DNA from: Lacipirellulaceae bacterium
Lineage (GTDB): Bacteria; Planctomycetota; Planctomycetia; Pirellulales; Lacipirellulaceae
Direction: 5' to 3'
Assembly: GCA_965249435.1 (NCBI GenBank)
Contig: CBDFMC010000024.1
Location: 134,588-198,587, forward strand
DNA: 64,000 bases
Shown: positions 1 to 10,895 of the stretch, in pieces
How positions within the stretch are numbered: the first letter of the stretch is position 1
Layout of the letters: every line of letters begins with the position of its first letter
Program-made: the position numbers and the translations under genes
Notes under the pieces: model-generated
Database searches by the model: none
Told to the model about the DNA's origin: nothing
What the model saw: the letters and a program-made list of their open reading frames with translations, nothing else

Positions 1-338
1 GTCTGATTTGGTTGTTTATCGAATGGTTCAAGGATTTTCGTAATACCTCAGGCGATTAGCTATCAGTTCCGGCATCCTGCTCTGCGCACTACGAGCTGAA
101 AAAATCGTAGCGAAAATATATTTCCTTCTAATGTGGCATATCTCACAGACGATAGGTGTCCACTGTTCTATTATTCAAGTGTTGAACGACGTAACACCTT
201 ATAGGTGCCGTGGCTGGCGGCGACCCCAAACCCCAACCCAGTCCATGGTCCGCATAGCCATGTGACTGTGCCGTTGGCCACGCACCTGGGTGTTACGCAT
301 TCCGAACCGCCTTGGTTTGTTGGCGCTGCTTTGGATTA

Positions 339-397
339 TTAGCCGCCGGGCTTGCCCCGGCGCGAAAAAGCAACGCCGGGGCAAGCCCGGCGGCTAA
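339..397. repeat. Family B palindromic hairpin repeat (TTAGCCGCCGGGCTTGYCCCGGCG - loop - CGCCGGGRCAAGCCCGGCGGCTAA)
   Basis: Near-perfect 24 bp inverted repeat with ~10 nt loop. Near-identical copies at 12949-13007 and 50095-50154, and a degenerate copy at 34464-34522. All are intergenic. Confidence 0.85.
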
Positions 398-492
398 CAA
401 TCCTTTTCATTCTCCCGCACAATGGGGGGGTATTCCGGGGTTTCTCTTGGATCGCCATCGCTGCTTTGAGCGAATCTCGATAGACTTCGCGT

Positions 493-1965
493 GTGAATTC
501 TTCGCGAACATCGACCGATAAGGCCCCGTCGTCCCTCAAGGTACGTCTCCAGTCCATGGCTATTCCATTGGTCTATGGGGCGGCGTGCGTCGTAGTTTTG
601 CTCTCCAGATCAGACTCCCTTGCACAAAGCGACCTCGGGAGAGCAAAACATTACGATCGCTCTGGGTCGCAAAGTCGAGCGACCGGACCGACACAAGTTC
701 TCGCGACTCCCCGGGCTCAATTCGGCGAAAGCCCGTTTGGATCGGGAACCCGTCAAAATGAAAAACTGCCTGTCGCATTATCCGGATTTGACGTCGTCCC
801 GCTGCACGATCAACAAGCATGGCAACGAGGTCACGAGTCGCTCGCAGCACCTTTCGACGGGCAGAAGTATCTGTTTTCCAGCGAGCGTCATCGGGCGATT
901 TTTCTTGCCGCCCCCGAACGCTATGCTCCCGTATTAGGAGGCGATTGTGTGGTAACCTTTGCGGAAACGGGACAAAGAGTTGCTGGTGAGGCGAAATATG
1001 GATTGCTGTACCAAGACCGATTGTATTTTGTTGCCGGCGCAACCCAGCTCCGGCAGTTTCAGGAAGACTCAGAAAAATATCGGTCGGCCGATCTGGCAAT
1101 GGATGGCGTCTGCCCGGTAACGTATCGCGACGCGCATCGACAGCAGCAGGGGATACCTGCCACGCCGGGAATTTTTCACGGCCTGCGTTACCTGTTTGCC
1201 GGTGCTGTTGAAAGAGAAAAATTTCTCAACCATCCCGGGCGGTATACCCATGCCAAACCGGATCCAAAGCATGAGCCTCAGCAAACACTCGTTGATAAAA
1301 GTATCCCTCGGTCCGCTCGGTCTCCAGCCTTGACGAAACTCGATTCGGATCAATCGCCGGAAGGTTCTTCTGCCAGAGACAGAAAGGATATCGAGACGAC
1401 GGTTCAGCCCACCGTTCCCGCATCGGCAAGAAAACCACCCAATCAGGCCGATGTCGAAATGGGCCAGGATGCCACTATGGAAGGATATTGTCCCGTGTCA
1501 ATCTCTGAGAGTGGAATCTGGGTTCTGGGACTGAAAAACTTCCGCGTGGTATACGATAACAAGCTCTATTTGTTTGCCGGCCAGAAGCAGAAGGAAATGT
1601 TCCTGAAGAGCCCCGAGCAGTTTGTGCCTGCGTTGGGTGGCGGGTGCGTCGTCAGCAAACAATATCTAGGGAAGACGGTCCCAGGGAGCATCTATCATGC
1701 CGCGGTTTATGATAAACGCCTTTTCTTGTTTACTGGTGCGGACCAAAAACAAGCATTCAAATCGCAACCGGAAATCTACAAGAACATCGATTTGGCATTG
1801 AGCGGCCAATGCGTCGTTTCTCATCAAGAGGACAAGCAACCAGTCGATGGAAAGGCTGAATTCGAAGCGCGGTACGGTGATTTGCGATATCGTTTTGCCA
1901 GCGCAGAGTACAAGCAGAAGTTTTTAGCCGCACCAGTGCAGTACGCTGTGAAGAAGCAAGAATAG
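493..1965 (+). CDS. Secreted protein with five YHS/TRASH-like repeat domains
   Basis: The conceptual translation has an N-terminal signal-like segment (MAIPLVYGAACVVVLL). Five repeats of about 45 aa carry C-P/V-V near the start and Y.F......F...P..Y later (for example DGVCPVTY...LRYLFAG...FLNHPGRY and GYCPVS...KLYLFAGQKQKEMFLKSPEQF), which resembles the YHS domain. Confidence 0.55.
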   Translation: MNSSRTSTDKAPSSLKVRLQSMAIPLVYGAACVVVLLSRSDSLAQSDLGRAKHYDRSGSQSRATGPTQVLATPRAQFGESPFGSGTRQNEKLPVALSGFDVVPLHDQQAWQRGHESLAAPFDGQKYLFSSERHRAIFLAAPERYAPVLGGDCVVTFAETGQRVAGEAKYGLLYQDRLYFVAGATQLRQFQEDSEKYRSADLAMDGVCPVTYRDAHRQQQGIPATPGIFHGLRYLFAGAVEREKFLNHPGRYTHAKPDPKHEPQQTLVDKSIPRSARSPALTKLDSDQSPEGSSARDRKDIETTVQPTVPASARKPPNQADVEMGQDATMEGYCPVSISESGIWVLGLKNFRVVYDNKLYLFAGQKQKEMFLKSPEQFVPALGGGCVVSKQYLGKTVPGSIYHAAVYDKRLFLFTGADQKQAFKSQPEIYKNIDLALSGQCVVSHQEDKQPVDGKAEFEARYGDLRYRFASAEYKQKFLAAPVQYAVKKQE

Positions 1966-1989
1966 GCTCACTGTTTATTGTAATAGCGA

Positions 1990-2487
1990 TCAAAGACCAA
2001 GTGGAGTCCTGACCACAGCAAAAACCGGATAAGCACTGCCCCTCGAACTTAGCCTTGGCGAGTCGATATCCGAAAGGTTGCTATTCGAAAGAACACCGGG
2101 GTACATCGTGTTGAACTTCCCGCGGCATGTTTGGCATTCCGCTAGGTGGATCTTCATGCTATTGGCTAGCGAGGCATCATCCAGCTTAGATTCACCCGTT
2201 AGATTCGCATGATAGGCAGCAAGATGGCTTCGGCATTCAGTGCAAGTCAAACCACCATAAACGGGCATGTCCGACTGTAACAACGAGCCGCCTACCGTAA
2301 CCGTCGCAGCAACCAGCAGCATGGCCAACGCGCTCCTGCGATAAAGCCGTCCTCTCGCGACACCTCGCTGAGCCTCACCAAGCCGGCTTACCATGCGTTG
2401 TAACTCACCCGGTGAGCACATTCCCCAATCGTCCGAAGATGAATCACTTGTCATACCGCTTGTTGTCCCGTTTTGATCTGAACGCAT
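1990..2487 (-). CDS. Hypothetical membrane protein with C-terminal Cys/His cluster
   Basis: 165 aa ORF with one hydrophobic span (ALAMLLVAATVTVGG) and a CTEC...H...CQTC motif. No confident family assignment. Confidence 0.35.
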   Translation of the reverse strand: MRSDQNGTTSGMTSDSSSDDWGMCSPGELQRMVSRLGEAQRGVARGRLYRRSALAMLLVAATVTVGGSLLQSDMPVYGGLTCTECRSHLAAYHANLTGESKLDDASLANSMKIHLAECQTCRGKFNTMYPGVLSNSNLSDIDSPRLSSRGSAYPVFAVVRTPLGL

Positions 2488-2655
2488 TGTTTAGGCTCCT
2501 ACAGCTCCAGCCAACCCAGCCCGCACCGACAGTGGCCCTATTTCCAACCACCGACAGCCATTTACTCTACATCCATATTCGTCATTTTCAGCAAACACGT
2601 CTGTATGGCATCTCACCAATGGGGGAAAGGAATCTGCATTTGACGAAAAAAGTCG

Positions 2656-3390
2656 TTAGGCCTTGGATTTATCCTCTCGAAGCTGTGGAACGGGCATACT
2701 CACAACCTCCGCCAAACGGGCCAAATCGGTCAATACAATCTTCCTCCGCCCGAGCTGTAGGCGACCCTCCGACTGCAATTCTCCTAGAACCACCGTCACG
2801 GTTTCTCGGGTACTGCCAATGATGCTAGCCAGGTCTTGGTGTGATAGCTTGATCTTCAGTTCAATCCCTGCAGGCACTCTCTGGCCATACTGCTCGACCA
2901 GTTCTAGTAGCAAATGAACGAGCCGATCACGGTTTGAGCGAAATAGCAGGTATTTTAGTCGTCGTTCGATTCGCTGCCGCCGCAGGCCAAACAGCTTGTT
3001 GACGCCAAGCGAAACTTTTGGATTTTCCTCGATTAGTTGCTGCATCACTTCGGCGGGAATCAACACGATCGCCGATTTTTCAACCGCCTCGGCAAATTCT
3101 TCTCGTTGTGCCGCTTCGGCATGGGGATCAACCAGCGCCAGCTCGCCAAAAATTTCGCCCGGCTCGATAAAGGCCAAGATGGTCTGTTTGCCATCTTCGG
3201 TAAAGCTGCCAATTTTCACCCGACCTTCGGCTAGCAGCATCACTCCGTTGGCTTCGTCGGCTGGAAGATAAATCGGTGTGTTTCGCGGATATTTCCGAGC
3301 CCGACAACGCGATTCCAGCAGTTGCAACTGCTCGTCAGTGAGTTGCTGGAACAGGTCGCACCGTTTCAGATACCAGATTCGTTCAGGCAT
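2656..3390 (-). CDS. Crp/Fnr-family transcriptional regulator
   Basis: cNMP-binding-like region (GEIFGELALVD) followed by a C-terminal Crp-type HTH (SHQDLASIIGSTRETVTVVLGELQSEGRL). 244 aa. Confidence 0.8.
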   Translation of the reverse strand: MPERIWYLKRCDLFQQLTDEQLQLLESRCRARKYPRNTPIYLPADEANGVMLLAEGRVKIGSFTEDGKQTILAFIEPGEIFGELALVDPHAEAAQREEFAEAVEKSAIVLIPAEVMQQLIEENPKVSLGVNKLFGLRRQRIERRLKYLLFRSNRDRLVHLLLELVEQYGQRVPAGIELKIKLSHQDLASIIGSTRETVTVVLGELQSEGRLQLGRRKIVLTDLARLAEVVSMPVPQLREDKSKA

Positions 3391-3442
3391 GCCGATTTAC
3401 AGTTGGTGGAGAGGGCAAGAGAGAGAGGGTGATTTTACGGTT

Positions 3443-3635
3443 CTTCAGGAATTTTAGTGGCTAGATTTTACAGTGGAAAGGAGAATGCCCAAGTCACAAT
3501 TTCAGCCCCCGGCTTTGCCGGGGGGTTGCGTAATAGTCCACGTTTCCACCAAGCAGAGCATTTCCCAAGCTAAGCATTCTCGTGAAACCAACGCTTCATC
3601 AAAGGCAACCCCCCGGCAAAGCCGGGGGCTGAAAT
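3443..3635. repeat. Family A composite repeat, inverted pair (core GGCAACCCCCCGGCAAAGCCGGGGGCTGAAAT)
   Basis: Reverse-orientation core at 3499-3529 and forward core at 3604-3635, separated by a 74 bp spacer. The companion motif AGCCACTAAAATTCCTGAAG is present in reverse at 3443-3462. The same arrangement recurs at 63675-63810. Confidence 0.85.
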
Positions 3636-3789
3636 GCCTTCTTCAAGCGGTTGCCTAAATATCTTGAAAAACCAATTTTCCCAACGCTACCCGAAACATC
3701 GCAAGCCTGCATTCTATCGACTGACAGACGCTTAGCCAACGTCCATCCATGCACAGAAATGTGAATTTCCACACCCGAGGGTACTTTTT

Positions 3790-5121
3790 CTACTCCACCG
3801 TTGCCCAATAACCGCCACGCTTGTGATCAAATACGGCCTGGCGTCCGCGGTGGTTCGCTACGATATGGCCATCTCGGTAGACCTCGTAGCCCATCACCCA
3901 GGTGCGGACGGGCCAACCGGTGAGTTTGGTGCCATGCCAAGCGCTCCAACCGCATTTGGTTCGCTGGTCCTCGTCGCGGACCACTTTTTCGCGGTGCAGA
4001 TCGACCAGAACCAGGTCGGCATCGAATCCGACCTCGATCCGGCCCTTGTCGACAATGTCCCATACGCGAGCCGGGGCGTCGCACATCCAACGGACCACCT
4101 GTCCCAGCGTGCAATGGCCCGCGCTAACTTCGTTAAGCATGATCGCCAGCGAATTCTCCACGTTGGGCATGCCGGAAGGTGAATCGGGATAGGGTTGCCG
4201 TTTTTCTTCCAGCGTGTGGGGAGCATGGTCGGTGGCGATTAGCTGGATCTGGCCATCGTGTAAGCCCTGCCAAAGCTGCCGGTTATCCAACGCGGTTTTC
4301 ACCGAGGGATTTGTCTGCAAGCGTGTGCCAAGCCGCGAGTAGTCCTCGACATTGAAGAGCAGGTGATGGTGACAAACCTCGGCGGTAATTAGGTTGCTAT
4401 GGTCTCTTAATAGTTCGACTTCGTCGCCTGTGGACACATGCAGCAAATGAAAGCGATGGTTGTGTCGAAGTGCGAGATCAAGTGCTCGACGCGTAGCAAT
4501 CACTGCCGCCTCGTGGTCGCGTATTCGCGAGTGATCGGCCACGTCCGTAGTCCCTCGAAAACGCTCTTTGTTGGCACGCACGGTGGTTTCATCTTCGCAA
4601 TGGGCCGTGATGGGCAAGCTGGTTTCGGCAAAGATGCGCTCGAGCGTATCTTGGTTGTCGACCAATAGATCGCCCGTGCTCGAACCGATAAAGATTTTAA
4701 TGCCAGGCGTGGCGGTGGCTGCTTTTAGTTCGCCAAGATTATCGGGCGTGGCCCCGATATAGAAGCCATAGTTGACGATCGATTTTTCCGCTGCCAGCGC
4801 CAGTTTTGCGGCAAGCAAATCTCGGGTCGTTGTGGCAGGCTGCGTGTTGGGCATTTCCAAAAATGTCGTCACGCCTCCCTTCGCACAGGCAGCCGTGGCC
4901 GTGGCTAGATCCTCCTTGTGCGTGAGTCCCGGTTCTCGAAAGTGGACCTGATCGTCGATCACCCCGGGCAACAGATGCAGCCCCGCTGCGTCGATCACCT
5001 CATCGGCCGACGCGTGCAGGGCCGAGTCGATATCGACAATTTTTGCGTCGTCAATGAGCACCGTCACTTGCTCGATTCCCGTCGGCAAGACCACCAAGGC
5101 ATTCTTGATAAGCGTTTTCAT
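3790..5121 (-). CDS. pyrC: Dihydroorotase (class I) / cyclic amidohydrolase family
   Basis: Contains [37 protein letters not shown], which matches the metal-binding HxH and PNT motifs of dihydroorotase/allantoinase amidohydrolases. 443 aa. Confidence 0.6.
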   Translation of the reverse strand: MKTLIKNALVVLPTGIEQVTVLIDDAKIVDIDSALHASADEVIDAAGLHLLPGVIDDQVHFREPGLTHKEDLATATAACAKGGVTTFLEMPNTQPATTTRDLLAAKLALAAEKSIVNYGFYIGATPDNLGELKAATATPGIKIFIGSSTGDLLVDNQDTLERIFAETSLPITAHCEDETTVRANKERFRGTTDVADHSRIRDHEAAVIATRRALDLALRHNHRFHLLHVSTGDEVELLRDHSNLITAEVCHHHLLFNVEDYSRLGTRLQTNPSVKTALDNRQLWQGLHDGQIQLIATDHAPHTLEEKRQPYPDSPSGMPNVENSLAIMLNEVSAGHCTLGQVVRWMCDAPARVWDIVDKGRIEVGFDADLVLVDLHREKVVRDEDQRTKCGWSAWHGTKLTGWPVRTWVMGYEVYRDGHIVANHRGRQAVFDHKRGGYWATVE

Positions 5122-5173
5122 CCGTATTTTCCTGACATCGGGGGAACGACCCTATTTTGCCCGTCCAAGTCGT

Positions 5174-5253
5174 AATTTCAGCCCCCGGCTTTGCCGGGGG
5201 GTTGCCGAAAATTCGAGTCCACACTGCTATCACCCCCCGGCAAAGCCGGGGGC
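5174..5253. repeat. Family A repeat, tight inverted pair with conserved spacer (GAAAATTCGAGTCCACACTGCTATCAC)
   Basis: The two Family A cores lie in opposite orientation. A near-identical unit is at 62333-62413. It sits between the pyrC start and the ppk stop. Confidence 0.85.
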
Positions 5254-5255
5254 TT

Positions 5256-7367
5256 TCATTCGTAATTCCCGGACACCCTCAAATAGTTCAGCAATTCGTG
5301 TTGCGACCGGAAAGCAGGCTCCCCAGTGGGTTGGACGAGACGATCGTAAGTGCCGTCGGGATTCAGCGGGCGCGAGCGACAGTTGTCTTTCTGATAAGCG
5401 GGAACAATTTCATCAATAATCCGTTGCCGCAAATCGGCCGCTTCGATGGGGAACATGACCTCAACGCGGCGTTGAAAGTTTCGCGGCATCCAGTCGGCAC
5501 TGGAAAGAAAGACTTGTGCCTTGGGGCCTTTGCCAAAAATGAAGATGCGACTATGTTCGAGAAACCGATCAACAATACTCCAAACCTTGATATTTTCGGA
5601 GATGTCGGGCAATCCGGGCCTCAGGCAACAGATGCCTCGCACCAATAGCTCGATCGGCACCCCTGCTTGGCTCGCCAAATACAAGGCCTCGATCGTTGCT
5701 TGATCAACGAGCGAATTGAGCTTGGCAAAGATGTGTGACGACTTGCCCTGTCGTGCCCGATTAGCCTGCTCATCGATGAGCCCAATCGTGCGACGCCGGA
5801 GGTCATTCGGTGCGACCACCAGCTTTTTCCATTCGTGCCCCTGCGAGTATCCCGTGAGGAAGTTGAACAGGGCTGAGGCGTCCTCGGCCATCAGCTTGTT
5901 GGATGTAAATAGTCCCAAGTCGGTGTAAAGCGTCGCGGTCGTAGGATTGTAGTTACCGGTGCTCAAATGGACGTAACGACGAACTTTCTTTTTTCGTTGC
6001 TTGACGACAAGTGCCATTTTACAGTGTGTTTTGAGGTCCATGAAACCGTAAACCACATGCACCCCGGCACGCTCCATCTTCCGAGCCCAAACGATGTTGT
6101 TGGCCTCGTCGAACCGTGCTTTCAATTCGACCAATGCCGTGACCTGCTTGCCATTCTCCGCGGCCTGGCTCAGCGCTTGAATAATCGGGCTATCGCCGCT
6201 GGTGCGGTAAAGTGTCTGCTTGATTGCCAGTACATCGGGATCTTCGGCAGCACTCTCGATGAATCGTACCACGGGATCAAAGGAATCGAACGGGTGGTGC
6301 AAAAGAATATCGTGGTCATCAATTTCTGCAAACAAGTCATCGTTATGTCGAAGTCCCACGGGCTGGCGTGGCACGAAAGGAGTATCGCGCAATGAGTCGA
6401 CCGCCGGCAGATGCGTGAGTTCCATCAAATCGGTCATATCAAGCAAACCGTCAAGAGGGTAGACCTCGCTGTAGGTTTTTCCCGCGACGTCGAGCTTTTC
6501 CTGCAATCGTTCCTCAGCCACAAGCATGGCGAGCAAGTCGCGCCCGATGCCTTTGGGGACTTCTAGCCGCACTGCTTCGGCGTGTCGCCGTACTCGGAGC
6601 CGTGTTTCAATCGAGCGGAGCATGTCGTCGGACTCCTGCTCGAGCAGGTCGATATCCATGTCTCGGGTCACGCGAAAAGTCGCATGTTGTGCGATCTCAT
6701 AACCGCCGAACAACTCGGGCAGCTTGGCAACCAGGATATCTTCCAAAAGCACGAAGCGATGTTCGTCGGCCTTGCCAACATGCACAAAACGGGGCAATAC
6801 CTGAGGTACATGCACGGCGGAGAACATGTCAGGCGGGCCCAGGCCGCCGCTGCGGTGGAGATGGGCGGCTAGATACAACCCGCGATTGTGAAACCTAGGG
6901 CTGGGATGGCTCGGATCGATGGCCATGGGAGTTAAGACAGGAAAAGCGCGTTGCCTAAAAAACTGGTCGACTAGCTTCAGGCCCGGTTTATCCAAATTTT
7001 TATGCGGCAGGATGATGATATTATTTTCGGCGAGCGCAGGAAGAATCGATTGGTTCCAGCACTCGTACTTACTGTCGACCAACTGCCGGACACGTAGGGA
7101 AATCTGGAGTAGCTGCGTTAATGCCCCTAGTCCATCGGCAGTAAAATCCTGGGGCGTCACGCCACCAAAAGCTTGTTCACGCAACCCGGCAACCCGAACC
7201 ATGAAAAACTCGTCCAGATTCGAACTGAAGATGGAGAGAAACTTCACCCGTTCAAGAAGCGGATTGGACTCGTTCTGCGCTTCTTCCAATACCCTGGCGT
7301 TGAATTCCAACCAGCTCAACTCGCGGTTGATAAAATGTTCGGGTAGGTATTTTTGAAGATAGTCCAT
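5256..7367 (-). CDS. ppk: Polyphosphate kinase 1
   Basis: The N-terminus MDYLQKYLPEHFINRELSWLEFNARVLEEA is classic PPK1. The 703 aa length fits. Confidence 0.9.
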   Translation of the reverse strand: MDYLQKYLPEHFINRELSWLEFNARVLEEAQNESNPLLERVKFLSIFSSNLDEFFMVRVAGLREQAFGGVTPQDFTADGLGALTQLLQISLRVRQLVDSKYECWNQSILPALAENNIIILPHKNLDKPGLKLVDQFFRQRAFPVLTPMAIDPSHPSPRFHNRGLYLAAHLHRSGGLGPPDMFSAVHVPQVLPRFVHVGKADEHRFVLLEDILVAKLPELFGGYEIAQHATFRVTRDMDIDLLEQESDDMLRSIETRLRVRRHAEAVRLEVPKGIGRDLLAMLVAEERLQEKLDVAGKTYSEVYPLDGLLDMTDLMELTHLPAVDSLRDTPFVPRQPVGLRHNDDLFAEIDDHDILLHHPFDSFDPVVRFIESAAEDPDVLAIKQTLYRTSGDSPIIQALSQAAENGKQVTALVELKARFDEANNIVWARKMERAGVHVVYGFMDLKTHCKMALVVKQRKKKVRRYVHLSTGNYNPTTATLYTDLGLFTSNKLMAEDASALFNFLTGYSQGHEWKKLVVAPNDLRRRTIGLIDEQANRARQGKSSHIFAKLNSLVDQATIEALYLASQAGVPIELLVRGICCLRPGLPDISENIKVWSIVDRFLEHSRIFIFGKGPKAQVFLSSADWMPRNFQRRVEVMFPIEAADLRQRIIDEIVPAYQKDNCRSRPLNPDGTYDRLVQPTGEPAFRSQHELLNYLRVSGNYE

Positions 7368-7574
7368 GGCGAATCAGAGAGAGGACGAGGATTTGATTGC
7401 AGCATAGCCCTCGGCGCAAGCCGCAGGGTTGAGATGAGAATGCCCTTTGACTGACATCAATCCCACGGCTTGCGCCGAGGGCTAGGGTGGTTGGCGTACC
7501 AAATCGCGATTATCTCATGGCAGCGCCTACGGCAATCTCCATTATAGACGGTTCTCTTAGCTCGACTTTTTCCG

Positions 7575-8945
7575 TCAGGCGGCTTGGGCTAGCCCGAAGT
7601 CTAGCACAACTCGCAAGGGTTTGGATAATTTTTGCACGACCTCGCCTCCAGGCACCCATGCAAAAATCCATTCCATCCAAAAATAGCGTCGAACACTGAT
7701 GATCATATCAGAAAATGTCGTTTGCTCCTTGCCAACCCAGTGCTTCAGTCGGACGTGTGGATTGGACCACGGCATCGTATCAAAAACGATCACTACCAGC
7801 GTGTACACACAAAACAGACAGGGCGCCATTCGCAACACCGTCTGGCGACTCCAGCCGCGTGTTGTTTCCAGTCCAAGGTGTTCACGCATTTCCTGGAACG
7901 TGGTCTCGATATTCCAGCGTCCGCCGTACATTTCAATGACTGCTTTGGCAGACATGGAATGATCGGTCGTGAAAAAGTATTCATCTCGATGGGTGCCGCT
8001 GAGATCACGGACAAACACCCACAATACTTCGATCGCGCCTTTGCCACTCTGATACCAATGGCCCTTGCCCGTGATCACTTCGACATTTCGCCAGCCGCCG
8101 CCGTACCACCGCACACGTAAGCGTTTCCCCTTTTTCTTCCTAGCAACCACCTCGGCCGGTGAGGGTAAGGCCTTGCCCTTGACTCGTGGTCGACCGACTT
8201 TGGGGTTCTTGCGTTTGGGTGGCGGCGCGAACAGACTTGCGTCACCCGAGAACTTGCTTACCAGCGACAATCGTTTTCGATGTTTATAGGCAAAACGTGT
8301 CATCTGATGAGTTCCATAAGCTCCATCACCTGCAAGAACGAACTTTCTGTCGGGAAACCAGTGCATTAGCGTTGCTAGCAAGCCGCACATCAGGTCCACG
8401 GGAGTTTTGTGGCGACGCCCCTCATCAGCGTTGCACTGCTTGCTGCGATAAAGAGCGACCAGCACCGGCAAGGCAAAGGGACGATTGGTGTAAGGTAATT
8501 GAACCAGGATCGACAAGACGGACCATTTGTGTCCGTATCGAAAGACGGTGTGCGAGTTGGCGCTGCGAACTGCGTCGCGATGTCGGGCTTTGCCGTAAAC
8601 TTTTTTGCCGCGATGACCATCCACCGTTTCGTCACCGCAGATTTTTACCGTCCCGGTGGGAATGAACCGATCAAGGACGAAACGGGCAATCGCGTAGGCC
8701 AAGGGCCGGGATTGCCAGCGACGGTGAGAAAACAGACGATGGTAGGTCGACGGATTGACCGTCTCAATCAAGCTCAACAACCGGAGTACGTTAGAGACAG
8801 TTCGGTCGCCTGTTGTTAGAATAGCGGCAAGGAAGAACAGAACGAATCGTCGAGCCGTCGTTCGCCGGTGAAAGGTGTCAACGAGACATTGTAGTAACGG
8901 CTTGAAATCGTGCGGCACGCGAACCATGAGGGCTTCCTTGCTCAA
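7575..8945 (-). mobile_element. DDE transposase gene of an IS4/IS701-like insertion sequence (element ends not resolved)
   Basis: 456 aa ORF with transposase-like regions (RWNIETTFQEMREHLGLETTRGWS; LAGDGAYGTHQM). It lies directly next to a second IS. Candidate terminal repeats near 7590-7620 and 8957-8976 are weak. Confidence 0.55.
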
Positions 8946-9055
8946 GACTTTGGTTGTTACAAGTCAAAAGCTTGAACCAAGGAGGCCCTTTTTACCTATA
9001 CCAATTTGGGGATCTGAAGTACTCAAAAAACGGAAAAAGTCGAGCTTAGGGCCGC

Positions 9056-10372
9056 CCGATAAATAACATCCCTTTTTTTTCTCGAATTGGCTAGACTTCC
9101 AGGGTGAGCGGTCCCCCATTCTCTTGGCGAAGGAGAAAGCCATGGTTCCCTATCTGTCGGTAGTTTGTGGACACATGAAGGCGTTTTATGATTCATTGTC
9201 CGAGAAAGACCGCCGCCGTTACGCTGCGGTAGAATCGGAAAAGCTGGGGCATGGGGGCGTCGAGTACGTTGCGTCTGTGCTGGGCTGTGACGAGAAAACG
9301 ATTCGGAATGGCCGCCATGAGGTGAGCCAATTGCCGGTGGATGACGCCGAAGGACGGGTTCGAAAAAAAGGGGGGTCGAAAAAAAGCTAGCTTTGCTGCA
9401 CCTGACCTGGAGAACAACCTTCGCCAGGTCGTTGCTGACCATACGGCAGGCGATCCAATGCGTGAAGACGTGGTGTGGACCTATTTGTCGAGTACGGAGA
9501 TTGCCCACGAGCTCGATCGGCTGGGAACGCCCGTTTGTCCAGACACTGTGCGAAGCTTGCTCGATGAGTTCGGCTTCCACAAGCGGCAGGCCGAGAAAAC
9601 CAAAGCGATGGGAAATACCCCTTTCCGCAACGAGCAGTTCGAGAACATTGCCCAACTGAGGCAACAATACCTCGACTCTCCCAACCCAATCATTAGCATG
9701 GACACCAAGAAAAAGGAGCTTTTGGGCGAGTTTTTCCGTACCGGGCAGTCGTGGTCCGATGGTGCGAATGCCGTATTTGATCACGACTTTCCCAGTTACG
9801 CGGACGGCAAGGTCATCCCGCACGGGCTGTACGACCTGAAGCGTAACACAGGGCACCTCACTCTCGGAGTCAGTCACGACACGAGTCAATTCGCTTGCGA
9901 CAGCTTCCGTGTGTGGTGGCAACGCCACGGCGAGCGGACGTACGCCGACGCCAAGTCGATTCTGTTGCTGTGCGATGGCGGAGGAAGCAATAACTGTCGT
10001 CACCACATTTTCAAGGAAGACCTGCAACGATTGGTCAACCGGATTGACATTCCAATTCGCGTCGCCCATTATCCACCGCATTGCTCGAAGTATAACCCGA
10101 TTGAACACCGTCTTTTTTCTCATGTCACTCGCGCCTGGTCCGGTGTGGTGTTTCGCACGCTTGACGTCGTCACAACATGCCTTCGACGAGTGTGGACTCG
10201 CACCGGGCTGAAAGTCACCTACGCGGTACTCAACAAGGATTATCAACTCAAACGGAAAGCGAGCGAACGTTTCCTTGACTTGTATCCCATACAGTTCGAA
10301 GACGTATTGCCCGATTGGAATTACACCGTAATTCCTACCGCCTACTGAAAACCGGGAAGTTATTTATCGGCC
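9056..10372 (+). mobile_element. ISAzo13-family (Rhodopirellula-type DDE) insertion sequence, about 1.3 kb, with terminal inverted repeats CCGATAAATAAC(A/T)TCCC
   Basis: Left repeat at 9056-9073 matches the reverse complement of the right repeat at 10354-10372. The internal transposase matches the ISAzo13 family (IISMDTKKKELLGEFF; N-terminal LGHGGVEYVASVLG). Confidence 0.7.
9124..10348 (+). pseudogene. ISAzo13-family transposase, reading frame split in the homopolymer tract A7-G6-TCG-A7 (9363-9385)
   Basis: ORF 9124-9390 encodes the N-terminal part and ORF 9341-10348 the DDE part, in a +1-shifted frame. The break lies in the homopolymer stretch CGAAAAAAAGGGGGGTCGAAAAAAAG. Confidence 0.65.
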
Positions 10373-10452
10373 ACTCCTTACGCTCATCATTTAATGATTC
10401 ACCTTCAGAAGACCAGTCGCAACGGATTTAGCGATTATCCGACAGTCCAAGC

Positions 10453-10785
10453 TCAAACAAAAGCGTCGAAAACGCGTACCTGGGACCAACTGTTCTCGTT
10501 TTCGGCAAGAAATTGCTGATGTCGCTCCGATTGCTGATAGCGATCGTGGTCGGATTCGCTGGAAAAAGTAAGGTGCAAGGCGACGTCGAACTGCTGGTCA
10601 TTCACCGGTCGTCCGTAGTCCACCGCGCGTCGCCCGACAGCGAAATAGAGCGTGCCCGGATGATCCGACAAATACTTTTGACAAGCGGCAGCCAGATCGA
10701 CGCTTGCGGTTTCGCAGGCGTCTTTGAGCGTGAAAAATACCGAGTGGGCAAAACGAGAAGCTACTTTGAGTGTCATCGAAATCAA
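10453..10785 (-). CDS. Dabb-family stress-responsive A/B-barrel protein (putative)
   Basis: 110 aa, the size of a single-domain Dabb protein, and the composition fits. No strong motif was seen. Confidence 0.4.
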   Translation of the reverse strand: MISMTLKVASRFAHSVFFTLKDACETASVDLAAACQKYLSDHPGTLYFAVGRRAVDYGRPVNDQQFDVALHLTFSSESDHDRYQQSERHQQFLAENENSWSQVRVFDAFV

Positions 10786-10799
10786 CTCCTAATTCCAGG

Positions 10800-10895
10800 G
10801 TGAGCCGCCGGCGCTAGCCGCGGGCTGCGTCAGTCTGCTGTCATCCCTCCGCAGCCCGACGCTAGCGCGTTCGGCTCAGGATTTTCAGACAAAGC
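10800..10895. repeat. Palindromic MITE-like element (GTGAGCCGCCGGCGCTAGCC - hairpin - GCTAGCGCGTTCGGCTCA - ATTTTCAGACAAAGCC)
   Basis: Same architecture as the element at 53391-53497 and as the repeat split by the IS50-like insertion (13893-13945 plus 15538-15637). It abuts the ftsH stop codon. Confidence 0.75.

Noticed and set aside
3473-3808. Small ORFs (61-69 aa) containing PPALPGGC or LPSRERLP peptides; similar ORFs at 5051-5233, 44252-44437, 36912-37247 and 38366-38596
   Set aside because: The peptides are translations of the Family A, Family D and inverted-repeat elements. They recur wherever the repeat does, in whatever frame or orientation the repeat happens to lie.
5200-5230. tRNA-like TTCGAGTCC (T-loop-like) inside the Family A spacer, also at 62365-62390
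   Set aside because: No cloverleaf can be built. There is no anticodon arm or acceptor stem, and the sequence is part of a multicopy repeat. It is possibly tRNA-derived but is not a tRNA gene.
9023-10246. 407 aa ORF on the minus strand
   Set aside because: It lies entirely antisense to the ISAzo13-like transposase, which has clear family motifs. It shows no motifs of its own and has Arg/Ser/Pro-rich composition typical of antisense reading of GC-rich coding DNA.
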